A stretch of 64,000 nucleotides of DNA from positions 27,900,001-27,964,000 of the forward strand of contig OX597817.1 in assembly GCA_951406725.2 (NCBI GenBank), written 5' to 3'. Below the pieces are notes generated by a model. It saw only the letters and a program-made list of their open reading frames with translations. It was not told where the DNA came from and made no database searches. Source of the DNA: Octopus vulgaris. Taxonomy: Eukaryota. Position numbers and translations under genes: made by a program. The stretch's first letter is position 1, and each line of letters opens with the position of its first letter. Below are positions 11,041 to 24,889 of this stretch, piece by piece.

Positions 11041-13539
11041 CCACAGCATAAATCGGTGAAAAGATTGACTCGTTAATCATGTACAAATGTATGAAGTTCA
11101 TTTATCCGGATCGAGCAAAACACTCCTGTGTACTCGTTTAATGGGCCATTGACTGAAGTTATTTACTCGTTCCACCTTTCTTTCTATACTTTATTTTTCA
11201 TTCAATCTTTCTTCGTGTTTGTTAATGAAGTAAAATTGAAAATCACACAAAACCTAACAAGATGTTTTCACAGAATTTAATTACATAAAATCGAAAAATG
11301 TTTAGATTTTATAGATGACTATAACAATCTCAATATAGTTAGCTTAGTTAAGCCCTTCATCAAATATACTTGATAGAAGGAGCTTGTAAAAGTCTTCACA
11401 TGATGTATGGATCACAAACAGATATATCATCCATTCACTACAATCCCTATTCTATCTCACGCAATTTTTATGAAGGAAAGAGTGTTTGTAATACTTTCCA
11501 TTTTCTTCTCTTCGCTTTTTCTTCTCGTTTCCTCTTTTCTTCCTCTTCTTATCAATCTTTGCTTATGTTATTTTCCTTGTCTTTAACTTCTTTATGAACT
11601 TCTTTTTTCTTTTTGCTTCTCTTTTTTCATTCATTCCATTAAATTCCTTCCTCTTTTTATTATTATTATTCTCTTATTATTTTATTAAAGTCACCGCATA
11701 TCAAACATGCCTGATGCTTATTCAAAAAGTTAAAGTTATTATACTCATGCTCTCTTTGCGGGCCCTTTAACAAGATTAATGCTGTTGTCATTATATAAGA
11801 TATCAAATATCATCATTATTATCATATTCATCGTGAGTGACGTAAATAAATCAAGAATACGTATATGTACCTTTCCGTATACATGACACGTGTATACGGC
11901 ATATATATAGTCTTAGATGTGTAAGAACTGCTGAAACATTTTTGTATATTTGAGCATGCTTCATAAACATACTGCAGCAGCAATATTATTGGCAGAAATG
12001 GTTTTCCAAAAATACGTGTCCTACGTCATAAAAACAACATGATTATCAAAAACTTTTTTTTAATCGAGTTTTTTCTTGCTGTTGATCTTAATATTATTGC
12101 CAACACACGAATACATATTAATTTCTATGACATGGTAGCATTTATATTCTTCCATTTTATTTCTTTAAAAACTTGATTCAGCTGAAATTTTGAATCTTTA
12201 TTTATTTATTTTTTTTTTTTGTATCAATTGATCATGAAATACGAAATCTTTGACATTAATATTCACGTGTTTAAACTACACGGATAACCAATTAGTTTCT
12301 TTTAATGATTGGGCATATATGTACTGTGGATTTTCACTATTATTTTCAAACCATTACATTCCAAATATGTACAACTACGTTTACGTATATTAATAATTTA
12401 GATGCATGTGCTTGTGTTTCTGTCTCTAAAATGGTGTGTTAAAATATTTTAATCAATAGTTCCGCTATGTATATGCATTGGTACCAAGATGTGCATGCTA
12501 AAGTATGTATTGATAAAGCATCTTACTCTCAGATTTCAGGTGTATTTATTTGTTTGTCCAAGCTAAGTAGATCATTTTAAGTTATAATTGTGCCCGCTTA
12601 AAATTTCATACTTGAATATGTAAATGCAGATTTGGTTCTGCTAATATAAATTTATCAGAATAATTAACAGAAACACCTACGTTTTCAATTCCTGCACAGT
12701 CAACAGATGTGTCGTATATCAGAGTAATAATATTATGTTTTTCTAATAGGAAAGTTGTTTCGTAGTATTTTGATATGTATTTTCTTAACCATCTTTAACA
12801 ATTCCAAAAATGACTTTCGTGTTTTCTGCTGATATTTTATTGTGGCAATGTATTTTACTAAAATGTTTTGTTCTTTTTGTATGGTCTTCTATCATTTCTA
12901 ACGTAAGAAACCGGTTTCTACACCTCCAACGATAAGTATTGAATTTCTGTAGTTTTTCAAAACTTTTATTCGGTTTCATTCAAAAGCTTCTCGCTTACAA
13001 ATTACAATGACAGATTGTTTATTATTCTAGTGCGTTTGCATGACAAGGAATGTATTAGAGCTTTCGTCAACTATATTGTATATTTTTTGCGTTTTTTTAT
13101 ATCTCCCATGACTTTAAAATTAATTTTAATTAATTTGAAGTAATACATTTCCTGTGAATATGTTTAATGTTTTATGTGTGCGCATAATGAGGAATATGAA
13201 GTAGTTTAGATCTTTTATAGCTATATTTTGTTCAGTGTTTGAATAAATTTTTCTGCATTAAGCGGATAAATTTTGTAATGTGGTATATACTTGTTAATAT
13301 AACTTGGTAATATTAGTATGTATCTTGGAGTGCAAGCATGAGTATGCAGTTTAGGGTTCAATGCTAATACCGTATCTTCTCGCAAGCAGCTCTATCTATC
13401 AGAGCCATCTGAATGAAATTTCGTAAACAAACTAGTTCAATCACTTCAACCAATCTTTGGCTGCCCTAACGAAATCTTCTCGAAAGAGCTTTGGCATGAG
13501 GGAATATATCAGAATAATCCTTCCACATCTAAATAATCT

Positions 13540-14200
13540 GTGCTGCCCAATTACATGAAATACAGAGTAGACCACAAATCAGATAGTGATAAGTGCAAGA
13601 TATGTGGACAAAATGGTGAAACCATATGGCTTATTACCTGTCAATGTACGCCACTAGCCCAAAAAGAATATAGGAAACGTCATGACAATATAGCAAGGAT
13701 TGTCCATTGGAAATTTTGCAACGAGTTTGAGCTTGACAGAGCAAAACAGTGGTACGAAGGAATCATCGAAAATGATAACGCAAATATCCTGTAGGATTTT
13801 ATGATTCAGTACAACCATGAGATAGAGAATAGGAAACCAGACATAGTCTTAATTGAGAAAGAAAGCAAACTATCCTGGATCAAAGGTATAGAATGCCCAG
13901 CTAACAACATGGTATGCGATAAGGAAGTAAGAAAAGTAGACAGGTTAGCTTGGGAGATTAAGCAGCTGTGATCGTTGAAAAGGAGCCCTGGGATAGTGAG
14001 TAAAAATCTTGAGAAGTGCATGGAACAACTAGAGGCTGCAACAAGAGTGGAGCACTTGTAGAAAACAGCAGTGTTTGGAACTGCGCTCGAAAGCTCCGGA
14101 TGGTGCTTGAAAAATAAGCGGTATTTACCTTAGTTCACTGACAGTGGATAGCTGAAACCGTAGTACATCACCAGAGTTAGAAGCTGTGCAAATACAATAA
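13540..14200 (+). mobile_element. R4/Dong-like non-LTR retrotransposon 3' fragment (zinc knuckle plus restriction-like endonuclease)
   Basis: CKICGQNGETIWLITCQC, YRKRHDNIARIVHW, ENRKPDIVLIEK; short 3' UTR followed directly by (TAA)n. Confidence 0.85.
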
Positions 14201-14204
14201 AAAA

Positions 14205-14212
14205 TGATAATA

Positions 14213-14283
<71 letters not shown>

Positions 14284-14291
14284 TGATGATG

Positions 14292-14375
<84 letters not shown>
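14205..14375. repeat. (TAA)n microsatellite
   Basis: Direct inspection. Confidence 0.95.
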
Positions 14376-14376
<1 letters not shown>

Positions 14377-14394
14377 TAGTATCGCTACTTAGAT

Positions 14395-15850
14395 ACTGAG
14401 GATTAAAGTATCGTTATTTAGATACTCAGCAGTTTTTGTAGATTGGACAAAATCTAAATTAACAAATCTGGACAGAAGAACTAGGAAGAAATTCAATAAG
14501 AAAAGAAAGAGTAACAAGATAATACTTACCTAGAAAGTAAGGTGGAAGAGGGCTAACATCAGTAGAAGACTGCGTGGAGTTTGCTAGATTAGATATTGTC
14601 TCTTATGTAGGTAATAGTGAAGAAAGTTTATTAAGAGTTGCTAGAGTTATAGTAGGGCATAGGGAAACCCAAAAAGCCAAATGAAGTTAAAAACCAAGAA
14701 ACGGAAGAAAGATTATCTAACTGGATGCTGTGGTTTGTGTGCAAACACGAAAGCAACAAAGAACGCATTCTGTTGTCAAGGAAGCTTGCAAATTCGCAAG
14801 TGTATTTAGCAATAACCGCGAATTAGATGAAGAATATGAAACCATTGCCACTAAACAAGCAAAACGGATCAAACAGACTGCAAAAAAGAACGAGCAGAAA
14901 CAAATTGAGAAGCGGTGGAGCCAGAAACCGCTGCATGGACAGTATTTACTTCGATACCGAAATGCTGATGTGGACCAAGCAAAAACTCATCAGCGTTTGA
15001 GAAGCTCAGAACTGAAAGCAGAAACTGAAGGTTCCATATTTGCGGTACAAGATCAAAGCTAGCTTACCAAAAACTACCAGGATAACGTTCTTCAAAACGG
15101 TTCTGACCTAAATGCAGATTCTGCCATATATTTGATGAAACAATAGACTGTCTCGGCTCGGGAAGATAAAAAGCGAGAAAGGTTATCTAACTGGCAAGGG
15201 AAGGCTTTGCAAGGTAGATTTCCAAATACAGTTGCAAGAAATAGTGATAGCGATACATGGTTATGGCTGCAGACAGGAAGGCTGAAATGTGAGACAGAAA
15301 GTTTGTTAGTACTAGTATAAGATCAAGCATTGAGGTCGAATTGGATAAAAGCCAAGACAGACAAAAACCAGGCTCATTCCCAATGTAGGTTATGTAAATC
15401 AAAAGAGGAAAGTGTTACTCATATAGTAAGTGGCATAGAAAGAATACAAGAAAAGATACAACCTAGGGAGAATAATCCAATGGGAGTTAAGTAGAAAGCT
15501 AGGATTTTATCATACTGATAAACGTTATGAACACGGACTTAAGTAAAGTACTAGAAAATAAGAAATATAAGATGTTGTGGGACCTTAATATTCTTATCTA
15601 CTCTAGGCACAAGACCTGAAATTTTGGGGGCATGGTCTAGTCAATTAGATCGACCCCAGTACGCAATTTATCGGCCCCGAAAGGAAGAAAGGCAAAGTAG
15701 ACCTCCACAGAATTTGAACTTAGAACGTAAAAACAGACGAAATACCGCTAAGCATTTCACCCGGCGTGCTAACGTTTCTGCCAGCTCGCCGCCTTAGGGA
15801 TCTTAATATTCTGACGGACAGTTATAGATACGAAACGGTCTGATCTAGTA
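14395..15850 (+). mobile_element. Mosaic R4/Dong-like LINE fragments
   Basis: LDRRTRK..GGRGLTSVEDCV; WSQKPLHGQY..LKAETEGSIFAVQDQS; WLWLQTGRLKCETES..CRLCKSKEESVTHIVSG..MLWDLNI; interrupted by the SINE at 15595-15796. Confidence 0.8.
15595..15796 (-). mobile_element. SINE family B with 16-bp target-site duplication
   Basis: ggcggcgagctggcagaaacgttagcacg head and tttgcctttc..cctttcgggg domain; flanked by gggaccttaatattct / gggatcttaatattct. Confidence 0.85.
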
Positions 15851-15870
15851 GTAGTAGTAGTAGTAGTAGC

Positions 15871-15924
<54 letters not shown>

Positions 15925-16093
15925 TATTTGTCTTCTCATAGTTGATTTTACGGAATATGGAATAAATATTCAAGATGGAATCTTTCCCCAATGATAACGC
16001 TCAGGGACAATATAGCATGCATACATACATTTATATTTACATACATACGTACGTGCATACATACATACATACATACATACATACATACATACA

Positions 16094-16124
<31 letters not shown>

Positions 16125-17129
16125 TCGTCGTGCAAGTTTGTGTGTCGTTAAGCAAAATTAATCAAAATGGTAATTCTAGTTTTTCTTCGACGTTACGTTC
16201 GTTTATATAAAATAATTTAAAGATATATTTAATTGAAAACAGCTTTTACATACTTGTCTTATGACCGAATAATATCAATGTTGCTCTACAATGAATAATT
16301 TAAAGCTGAATTAATGAATTAATTAAAATTCCATATAATGCAGATAAGAGTAAGCAATGGAAATTATATCCCATGAACTGATATGCATGCCATCATCCCA
16401 TATTAGTTATTCCAGTTTTCTGTAGAGATGAAATAGATATCATAGGTTGCATTACATTATTTAGGTTAGTGGTTCAATGTTCTGGTATACCTTAACGCTG
16501 GTTCAGTGTTCTGATGTAGCTTAACGCGATTACAACCGGTTTTGTCTTTTAAAGTTATTCTCAATGAAATATCTACATGCATAAGGAAATGTTGAGCACC
16601 TGAGCAACTTTCCGTAACATCCAGTATCGTAATACAAAAAACTTATTTTCAATTGACTTTTATGTTACGTGGAAGACGTTGTTGTTACATTTTGTTTTAC
16701 AGCATCAGTAAAGCAACAGAGCAAAAACCTTGGCGTTAATACCCTCAGTTATATATGTATATTTTACATTAAACGTATGTTTTAGTCCAGTACCATTATG
16801 CTTTCACTGAGGCGTAATTATTTCTCGGTTGGGTTAATTTCTTTTGCTTATGTGATTAAGAGTAGTAAGAAGGATTAACACATTATAACAATAGTATTTT
16901 AATGTTGTTTCATGTTGCTTATTACAAAGCATTAATTGCAATTTTCTGTTACATTTTCGTTTCATTATGACCTAATTAAACTGCCGGTTTCAGGATAAAT
17001 ATATCTCTTATTCCGACCAATCTCGATGACGCTGGAAAGATTCATGGGCTCCGTTGACTAAGCCAGATATAAATGCATTGTAAACCGCATCCTCGTTTTC
17101 TGACTCCCATTTTTCTCTGTGCTTTTATC

Positions 17130-17561
<432 letters not shown>

Positions 17562-18844
17562 TTATGTGCACTTATATACCGAGAGACAGCCAAACAGAGT
17601 GTGAACGTGAGATGCTTTTGTATATGGCTATATTCGTATGTATGTCTACATGTGTCGTATCTACATCATTTAAATCTTTATTCATTTCCTTCAATTGGAA
17701 ATACACTTTGAAGAGTTCCTAATTTCATTATAACTATCAGACTTCACATTCATTTATGTTCAATAAACAAGATCCAAGGTATATCTGACGTCTTAAACAC
17801 ACACACACACACACATATATTGTATGTGTGTGTATATACCATAAATGTATCACCGATGAAACAATATATAGCGTGTGTCTTTACTACGCATAACTATTTT
17901 TCAAATCCTGTATGCCTAGCTAAAGCATTATATTGCATTAAGAAAACTAAGGAAGAGTCGGCAAAGCTGATTAACAGAAATTACATAGTTACAGCTTTTG
18001 AGATTTGTACAAGGGAAATGTAATTTCCGGTATGATATTAGCAGCGTGGAGGAAGTGAAATAGCTGCATCCGGATTTTAGACTTCGTTTCTTAGCAGCTA
18101 GCATCCTCTGCAAAGGCTTGCCTCTAATCAATTCAATATTTGTTGCTTCTTGATTAAGTGAAAGTACCTCCGATATATAGAACTTTGAAGGATTAAGCGT
18201 TTAAAGGCAAATTACGTCCTTTTTATCCGCCTAAACTGATTTCAAGGATTTTATGCTACAATGAACGCATTAGACAGTTGCAGTTTAAAGAATTTAGTAA
18301 GACAGGAAGATGAATTTGCTCCACACACATTCACTACACATGCATTACGATACACGTCACTGAGAGACTTCAATAGTACTAGCTTCGATCTGGGAGTTAA
18401 ACAAGCTTATTTCATTGACCTTGTTTTACACATACAAATGCTCTGACACACACGTATATGTATTATGTACGTGTACACAAAAATGTGTGTGTACATGTAT
18501 ATCTGCATATATATATATACAGACATACATACACACACATTTGCACATACATGCATACATATAGACAGATAAACAGAGAATACATATATACAAAATGAAG
18601 CAAATCTTTTGATTCGTTCCGTCCCTTAAGTAGTGTCGTGTCTATATTATCCTTGCTCAAGCATCTAGTATAACGCATGTGATCAGTGAAGTTTGGGAAG
18701 AGTGTTGCAGTGGCTCATAATTTGTAGTCACTCAATTTCATGCTTTGAGTACTTTTCTTCCTCTTTCTGCCCCTCAACACACGAAATACCTGCATACGTA
18801 AACATTAATGCAAGTACATTCATACATACATACATACATACATG

Positions 18845-19540
18845 ATGGCTGCCCTTTCGTTATCGTGTATGGTCATTGCACGAAGCTTAACTGTTATTGA
18901 TGCTGTGATCGAATGTGACTTTTATTTGCTTTTTAAGGCTACAGCCAGCCTTTCAGTTGAGACTCACAGCACCATCAACAATCATGAACAATTTTGTTAT
19001 CGTGCAATGCCTGTGCAAGAAGATTTTTTTTAAAGTGAGGAAAACTGTGCACTGTGTCAATCCCACTCGCTAAGCAACAGCAGTCATAATCCGAAAAGAA
19101 GAACAAGTCAACATCATAGGAAACCACTGAGCCGCAGGTTTAATATCGGAGTTATCCCAGTTACCTGAGTTACCTTCACCTAGAAGGATGCCCTAACAAA
19201 GGCTAGAAGTCCTTCATTCCAAATGTTTTAACCGCGCGATCGGGTATTCAGTCCGATCATTTCTATGTCCCCGCGCATGATACAGCCTTAAGCTTTGAGA
19301 AGAAAAAAAAATAATAATTTTTTTTTTCTTTAATTACACATTAATTGGATGGCCGTTGACTCTCAAGAGTTCCTCCGCCCTTTGACGGGTTTCGTTTTTC
19401 ATCCCGCAGGGTGTCCAATAAACACCCTCCTCACCAAGCAAGTTTGGTGGGGTTGCCGTTTTAGTCGCTGACGGCACGACCGTGCAACAGGTTGTACTGT
19501 GTTACATGTTACCAGTAGCACTCGAAAGTGACCTGACATT
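18845..19540 (-). mobile_element. Decayed interspersed repeats, possibly RTE 5' end or RTE-related SINE pieces
   Basis: GC-richer blocks such as ccttcacctagaaggatgccctaacaaaggctag resemble RTE 5' UTR motifs; recognition only. Confidence 0.3.
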
Positions 19541-19559
19541 ATACACATACATACATACA

Positions 19560-19604
<45 letters not shown>

Positions 19605-19612
<8 letters not shown>

Positions 19613-19711
19613 ATCACGTGACCGACCAGACCATCAGATGTTGTTACACATTGCCGGTCACAATGCGTTCGCATTGTTTTAACCAGCGGGGTGGCGTCAT
19701 TCAAAGGCTAA

Positions 19712-19717
<6 letters not shown>
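19605..19717 (-). mobile_element. SINE family C, truncated copy with inverted 5' segment
   Basis: Matches 39197-39300; the last ~36 bp are the reverse complement of the next consensus segment. Confidence 0.8.
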
Positions 19718-19777
<60 letters not shown>

Positions 19778-20402
19778 ATATATATATATCGGCGTACGTA
19801 CACTTTGGTTTCTTATATGTAAGTACGTATTTACCTAAATCTTGTACGACTCTATTCATTCTTTCTATCAGCCCCTTCACGCTCATTCGTTCATTCCACT
19901 CTTCGTTCTTTCCTTCCTCCTCTCTCACATTTCCCTGCCTTCTCTTCTTGCTCACTTTCCCTCCTCTTTTCGCTTCACTGTATCCCTGTCATTTTTCTCG
20001 CCCCTCTTTAATTCTTCTTAATTCTTCTGTCCCTCTGACTCTACCTCTCTCTCTTCTCTCCCCACGTCACTGGTGTTCGGCCAAGTCTGATCTTTTTTTC
20101 TTGGTTCGGCTCTCGTCCGCGCAAAATCTATATTCCTCCCTGTGCCTGTGAAATCCAGTATCCCTGCCGTAAGGCTTTATTTCCACACTGCTTGATTCAT
20201 CCTTAGTCGAAATACACCTGTTGTTGTGTTCCGTTATTTGTATTTGTGTAACATACACCGTTTTTTCCGTCCTTGTTTTCATATACATTCGCTGCTTTCT
20301 TCCATGGAATCTAATGCTTTTAGCTTAGTTTTTCCTTGGAGCTGACAAGATTGGAGTAACCTCGAGTATAATCAGCCGAAATTATAAAGATAATTTGGAA
20401 CT

Positions 20403-20434
<32 letters not shown>

Positions 20435-20436
20435 CG

Positions 20437-20480
20437 AAACTGCCCGACGAACGAGAACATGAAACTCTGAGTAACAGTTT
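20437..20480 (+). ncRNA. Degenerate hammerhead motif in a short (TA)n-flanked insert
   Basis: AAACTGc-CCGACGA-ACG agaa CAT-GAAA-CTC t GAG-TA-ACAGTTT. Confidence 0.5.
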
Positions 20481-20509
20481 TTGTGACATTTTTGCTGTTT
20501 TTTAATAAA

Positions 20510-20543
<34 letters not shown>

Positions 20544-20550
<7 letters not shown>

Positions 20551-20661
20551 AATCACGTGACCGACCAGACCATCAGATGTTATTACACATCGCTGGTCAC
20601 AATGCGTTCGCATTGTTTTAGCCTTCGAATGACGCCACCCCCCTGGCTAAGCGAGCAGGCC
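20544..20661 (-). mobile_element. SINE family C, 5'-truncated
   Basis: Matches 39197-39307; preceded by (TA)n. Confidence 0.8.
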
Positions 20662-20702
20662 ACTTTCGTCTCGATCTCTTCAAATATATATTTATATATA
20701 TA

Positions 20703-20775
<73 letters not shown>

Positions 20776-20868
20776 CATATGTATGTACGTATGTATGTAT
20801 GTATGTATGTATGTATGTATGTATGTAGGCATGTATGTATGTATGCATGTATGTGTGTGTAGATAAAC

Positions 20869-20914
<46 letters not shown>

Positions 20915-21304
20915 CCATATATATCTGAGTGTGTGTGGGCGTGGTATGTTAATCCCGTTTGTCATTTCAATTAACTCGTTATGCATTGATATATTGCCAT
21001 GCTTTTTGCATTTATCTATCTATTGTATTGCTTTTTCTTTCTTTTGTCAATATATTAATTTATTTTTATCTATGAATAACTTATATTTATCGACCAAACA
21101 AATATTTTTCTATAGGATGGATGAATGGCCAAATAGATATATGGATACGTAGGTAGGTAAGCAGGTAGCTAGGTAAGTGGGTGAGTGAGTGTTTATGTAG
21201 GTAGGTAGGTAGGTAGGTAGGTAAGTAGGTAGGTAGGTAGGTAGTTGGATGTGTGGGTGAGTGTTTAGGTAGGTAGGTAGGTTGGTAGGCAGAAATATAG
21301 ATTG

Positions 21305-21349
<45 letters not shown>

Positions 21350-21439
21350 TTAGATAGATAGACTGAGTGATTGATAGGTGGATAGATGACATCATTCTTT
21401 GGCGTTACCTGCTCAATACACCTAAGACTATCTTGGTTT

Positions 21440-21665
21440 GCAAGTTAAATTATTACTGGATATACAAAAACCACCACCATTTCACGGTTTCCGATTTGCT
21501 GCGAACTTTACCTGCCAAGCTGCTGCTGAGCAAATTGCTTTGCAGCTTAGGTGACTGAAACAATGTTTCAGAAGGTGTTTCAGTCAAAGACACAACGAGC
21601 CACTGATCAGGGAATCGATCTCCACTATCTCATTATGGTTGCCCACACAACCCAATGGTCATTTT
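21440..21665 (-). mobile_element. Old CORE-type SINE remnant
   Basis: aaggtgtttcagtcaaagacacaacg...gggaatcgatctc resembles 62580-62640. Confidence 0.45.
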
Positions 21666-21959
21666 GCTATTTTGATGCCTTTCTGGCTATTTCTGTATCA
21701 TTTTGTTGATGTGTATACACATATGCGTAATTCTACCTAAGTGAATATATATACATATTTATATATACATACATATATTTATTTATATATATATATATAT
21801 ATATGCGTGTGTGTATGAATATATATATATATATATATATGTATATGTGTATGTATATGTATGTGTAAGTATTTGTATATATGTATATAAATTTATATAT
21901 GTGTATGTATATATATATATGGATATATATATATATGTGTGTGTGTGTATATATATATA

Positions 21960-22010
21960 CACGAGGCCTGATCAGTAAGTATCCGGACTGTTGCCATAGT
22001 AACGAAGCTA
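21960..22010 (+). mobile_element. Mariner-type TIR fragment
   Basis: cgaggcctgatcagtaagtatccggact between TA repeats, similar to the end of the mariner at 3200-3730. Confidence 0.45.
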
Positions 22011-22888
22011 TATATATATATATATATACATGTCTATGTATACGGCTTTCTTCTTCCTTTCTTCCATACCGGTACATGTCCTACTTTCTTCTTCGATATT
22101 CAATCAACCTCGAAAAACAATAAAAAGTGTTAAAGTGACAATAGTCAATTGGTTTTCTAATAAAAGATCGTTGCATTTATAGTTTAATTTCATTAGCGGT
22201 TTTATGGCCGACTCGTATGTCATTTTTACTATAAGAAAATAACTGACGTAAATATTTCAGCTACCCACTAATCACATATATTGGACACTCCTATCAGTTT
22301 TCTCTCTAATGCAATGTTAATCTATCCAGCCAATATTGATTGTAGCCAAACCCGTCGTTGAATTCTTATTATAGTTCGATCGACGCGGATTGTATTCATC
22401 TTATTTCCTTTTATTTTAAAACATTCGCTTCTTTACGTATTTATGGTAATCTTCATATCCGTTGAATTAAAGAAAATCAATTTTGAAGATTAATTTCATA
22501 ACCGTTGCAATATATATCACATCATATTAGCTTCAGCTGGCTGAGACAAGTAGTTGCCTGGATTTTGTTGAATTAGATACGACAATCGTTTTCATTATGC
22601 TTTGAGATCAATAAAATTATTACTAGTAAGATACGTGTGTCGATTCAATAGTGTCCATGCCTTACCGAAGTCACTTAGCGAAAATCTATAATTAGTTAAT
22701 TCTCTTTGTTTTCTGACTGCAAACGTTTCATGCTCATTTTGTCTTCCATACTTACTCACAGAATTGTTAATATATATATCAAGCACTGGAATTTTTTAAC
22801 ATATGTCATTGAGGTCAATGGTAGGAATACTCAGGTACATGGTAAAAACAAACATAATGGTTTGCAATATTTAGTGATGTTACGTTAA

Positions 22889-23330
22889 GGCAGTGAGTTG
22901 GGAGAATCTTTAGTATGCCGGAGAAAGTGCTTAGCGGCACTTTGTCACTCTTTACATTCTGAGTTCAAATTCTGCCGAGGTCGACTTAGCCTTTCATCCT
23001 TCCGGGATCAATACAATAAATAATTGTCAAGAAGTGAGGTCTATGTAATCGACTTATCTCTCACCTTCAAAACCTGCTGACTCGATGCCAAAACTTGAAA
23101 TTATTATTTTGTTAAGTTCTTCCCTTTTAAGTCTGCCAGCTCGCAGAATAGTTAGCATGCTTTGCGACATTTTGTTGGTCTTTACGTTCTTAGCTCAAAT
23201 TCCACAGAGGTCGACTTTGCCTTTCATCCATTCGGACACGGTAAAATAAGTGCCGGTCTAACCCTGGGATTGATGTAATCGACAACACTCTTCCCCGATA
23301 GTTTCCGGTTTTGTGCCTATTATAGAAATT
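22889..23330 (+). mobile_element. Two adjacent diverged SINE family B copies
   Basis: gagttcaaattctgccgaggtcgacttagcctttcatcc at ~22960 and a homologous segment at ~23192. Confidence 0.75.
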
Positions 23331-23989
23331 AATTGTTAGTTATGTTTTCTGTGACACGCCGAGTTCAAACTCCATAGGAGTGACTTTTAATTTCCATCCT
23401 TCCGGTGCTGATAACACAGAAACCACCACGGTACCTATTTCACTCTAGTATTCCCTTTCCTTGTTTTCCCTCAATATGTGTCATTGCTTTGTTTTTATTG
23501 TAGTTTTTACAAATCAAACAGGCTGCTTTTCCTTTACTTTCTTTTTTTATAACACCTTCGGCAAATGTTTCCCACCGGTAATCAAAAGGTATTCAGATCT
23601 TCAAATAATACTGGAAAGGAAAAAATGTTATGCATTTTAATTGGTGATTATTAACACTGTTAATACCGTTTGATTTTGACGATGAAAGGGCATAGCATAT
23701 CCTGCCTATGACATATGCATTGACATTGGGTCAAGCTGACATGTATTAGAAACAAACATGCTTTCAAAGCTACACATTTAAAGGATTTTTGTAAGATTAA
23801 TAAAATATGTAGAGGTGTAAGAAATTTATATTTTTATTACCAGTCTCTAATGGTGAACATTTTACAGATCGATCAAGTACCAGTCATATATTAAGTTTCT
23901 TTCAATGTCGTCAAATAGGGATTAGTAATTGTCTAATGAAGAAAATTCTGCGCTTTCTCACCAGTTATAAATATCCTTGCTTCCTGCAT

Positions 23990-24590
23990 TATAATCATCA
24001 CTCTCATCATCCCCATTTATTAGATTGTTCATCATAATCATTATCTCTATGTCTTTCTTTCCGTCACTCTCAATTCTTCCATCGCCGTTCTCGTCATCTT
24101 TACTACTCTGTCTTCAGCAAGAACATCCAACAGCATCAACATTTCACCACCCACCAGCCCAATCTCACCACCACCACAACTGCCACTGCTAAGATTATTG
24201 CCAACACTACGACTATTTCTAACAGCAACATCAGCGCTACAACTGTTACTACACCAACACCACCCTTAACATATCTTCATTATCTTCATCACCACCTTAG
24301 TCATTTTCCCTATAACCATCACACCAAAGTTATCTCTGTACCAAAGTTATCTTATAACCATCCACACCAAAGTTATCTTTGTACCTACCTTTCTGCATCA
24401 TCACCACTATTACCACCATCGCTATGGTGGAATGTGAGCTAAGAACGTAAAGACCAACAAGATGTCGCAAAGCATGCTAACAAGTACCACTGCTACTATC
24501 ACTATCGTACCTTGACATAACCACTTTCTCTACTCACAACAACAACGACAGCAGAATTCCTACCATCAGCATCACCATCATAACCATATG
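23990..24590. repeat. Degenerate (CAT/CAC/ACT)n low-complexity tract
   Basis: Direct inspection; includes three copies of accaaagttatc. Confidence 0.7.
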
Positions 24591-24889
24591 AGTTTCTACT
24601 GCGCCTGTTTAATTGACGTGCAGAAAGCAGTATGTTGCTTTATTAGAATGCTTGATGTTTTGTTTTGTTTTGTTTTGTTTTTCTAGTGCTGATTTGTAAA
24701 CTAGAAGAGACAGAGAGAAAAGAACTTCAATTCATAGCGACAAAATACAGATCAGCTATATTCGTATCAGGCTGATTTAGTGTTTACTCTTCTCTTTAGA
24801 ATATGTCCAATACGAATTGTGATAAATTTTCAAAATATTTACCTTGGTGGAACATTTAGAAATTAATATTGTTATGACGTTTTTTTTTA

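Noticed and set aside
20340-20405. Hammerhead-like ctgacaag...gaaattat
   Set aside because: Core does not match CUGAnGA and stem I cannot be formed convincingly
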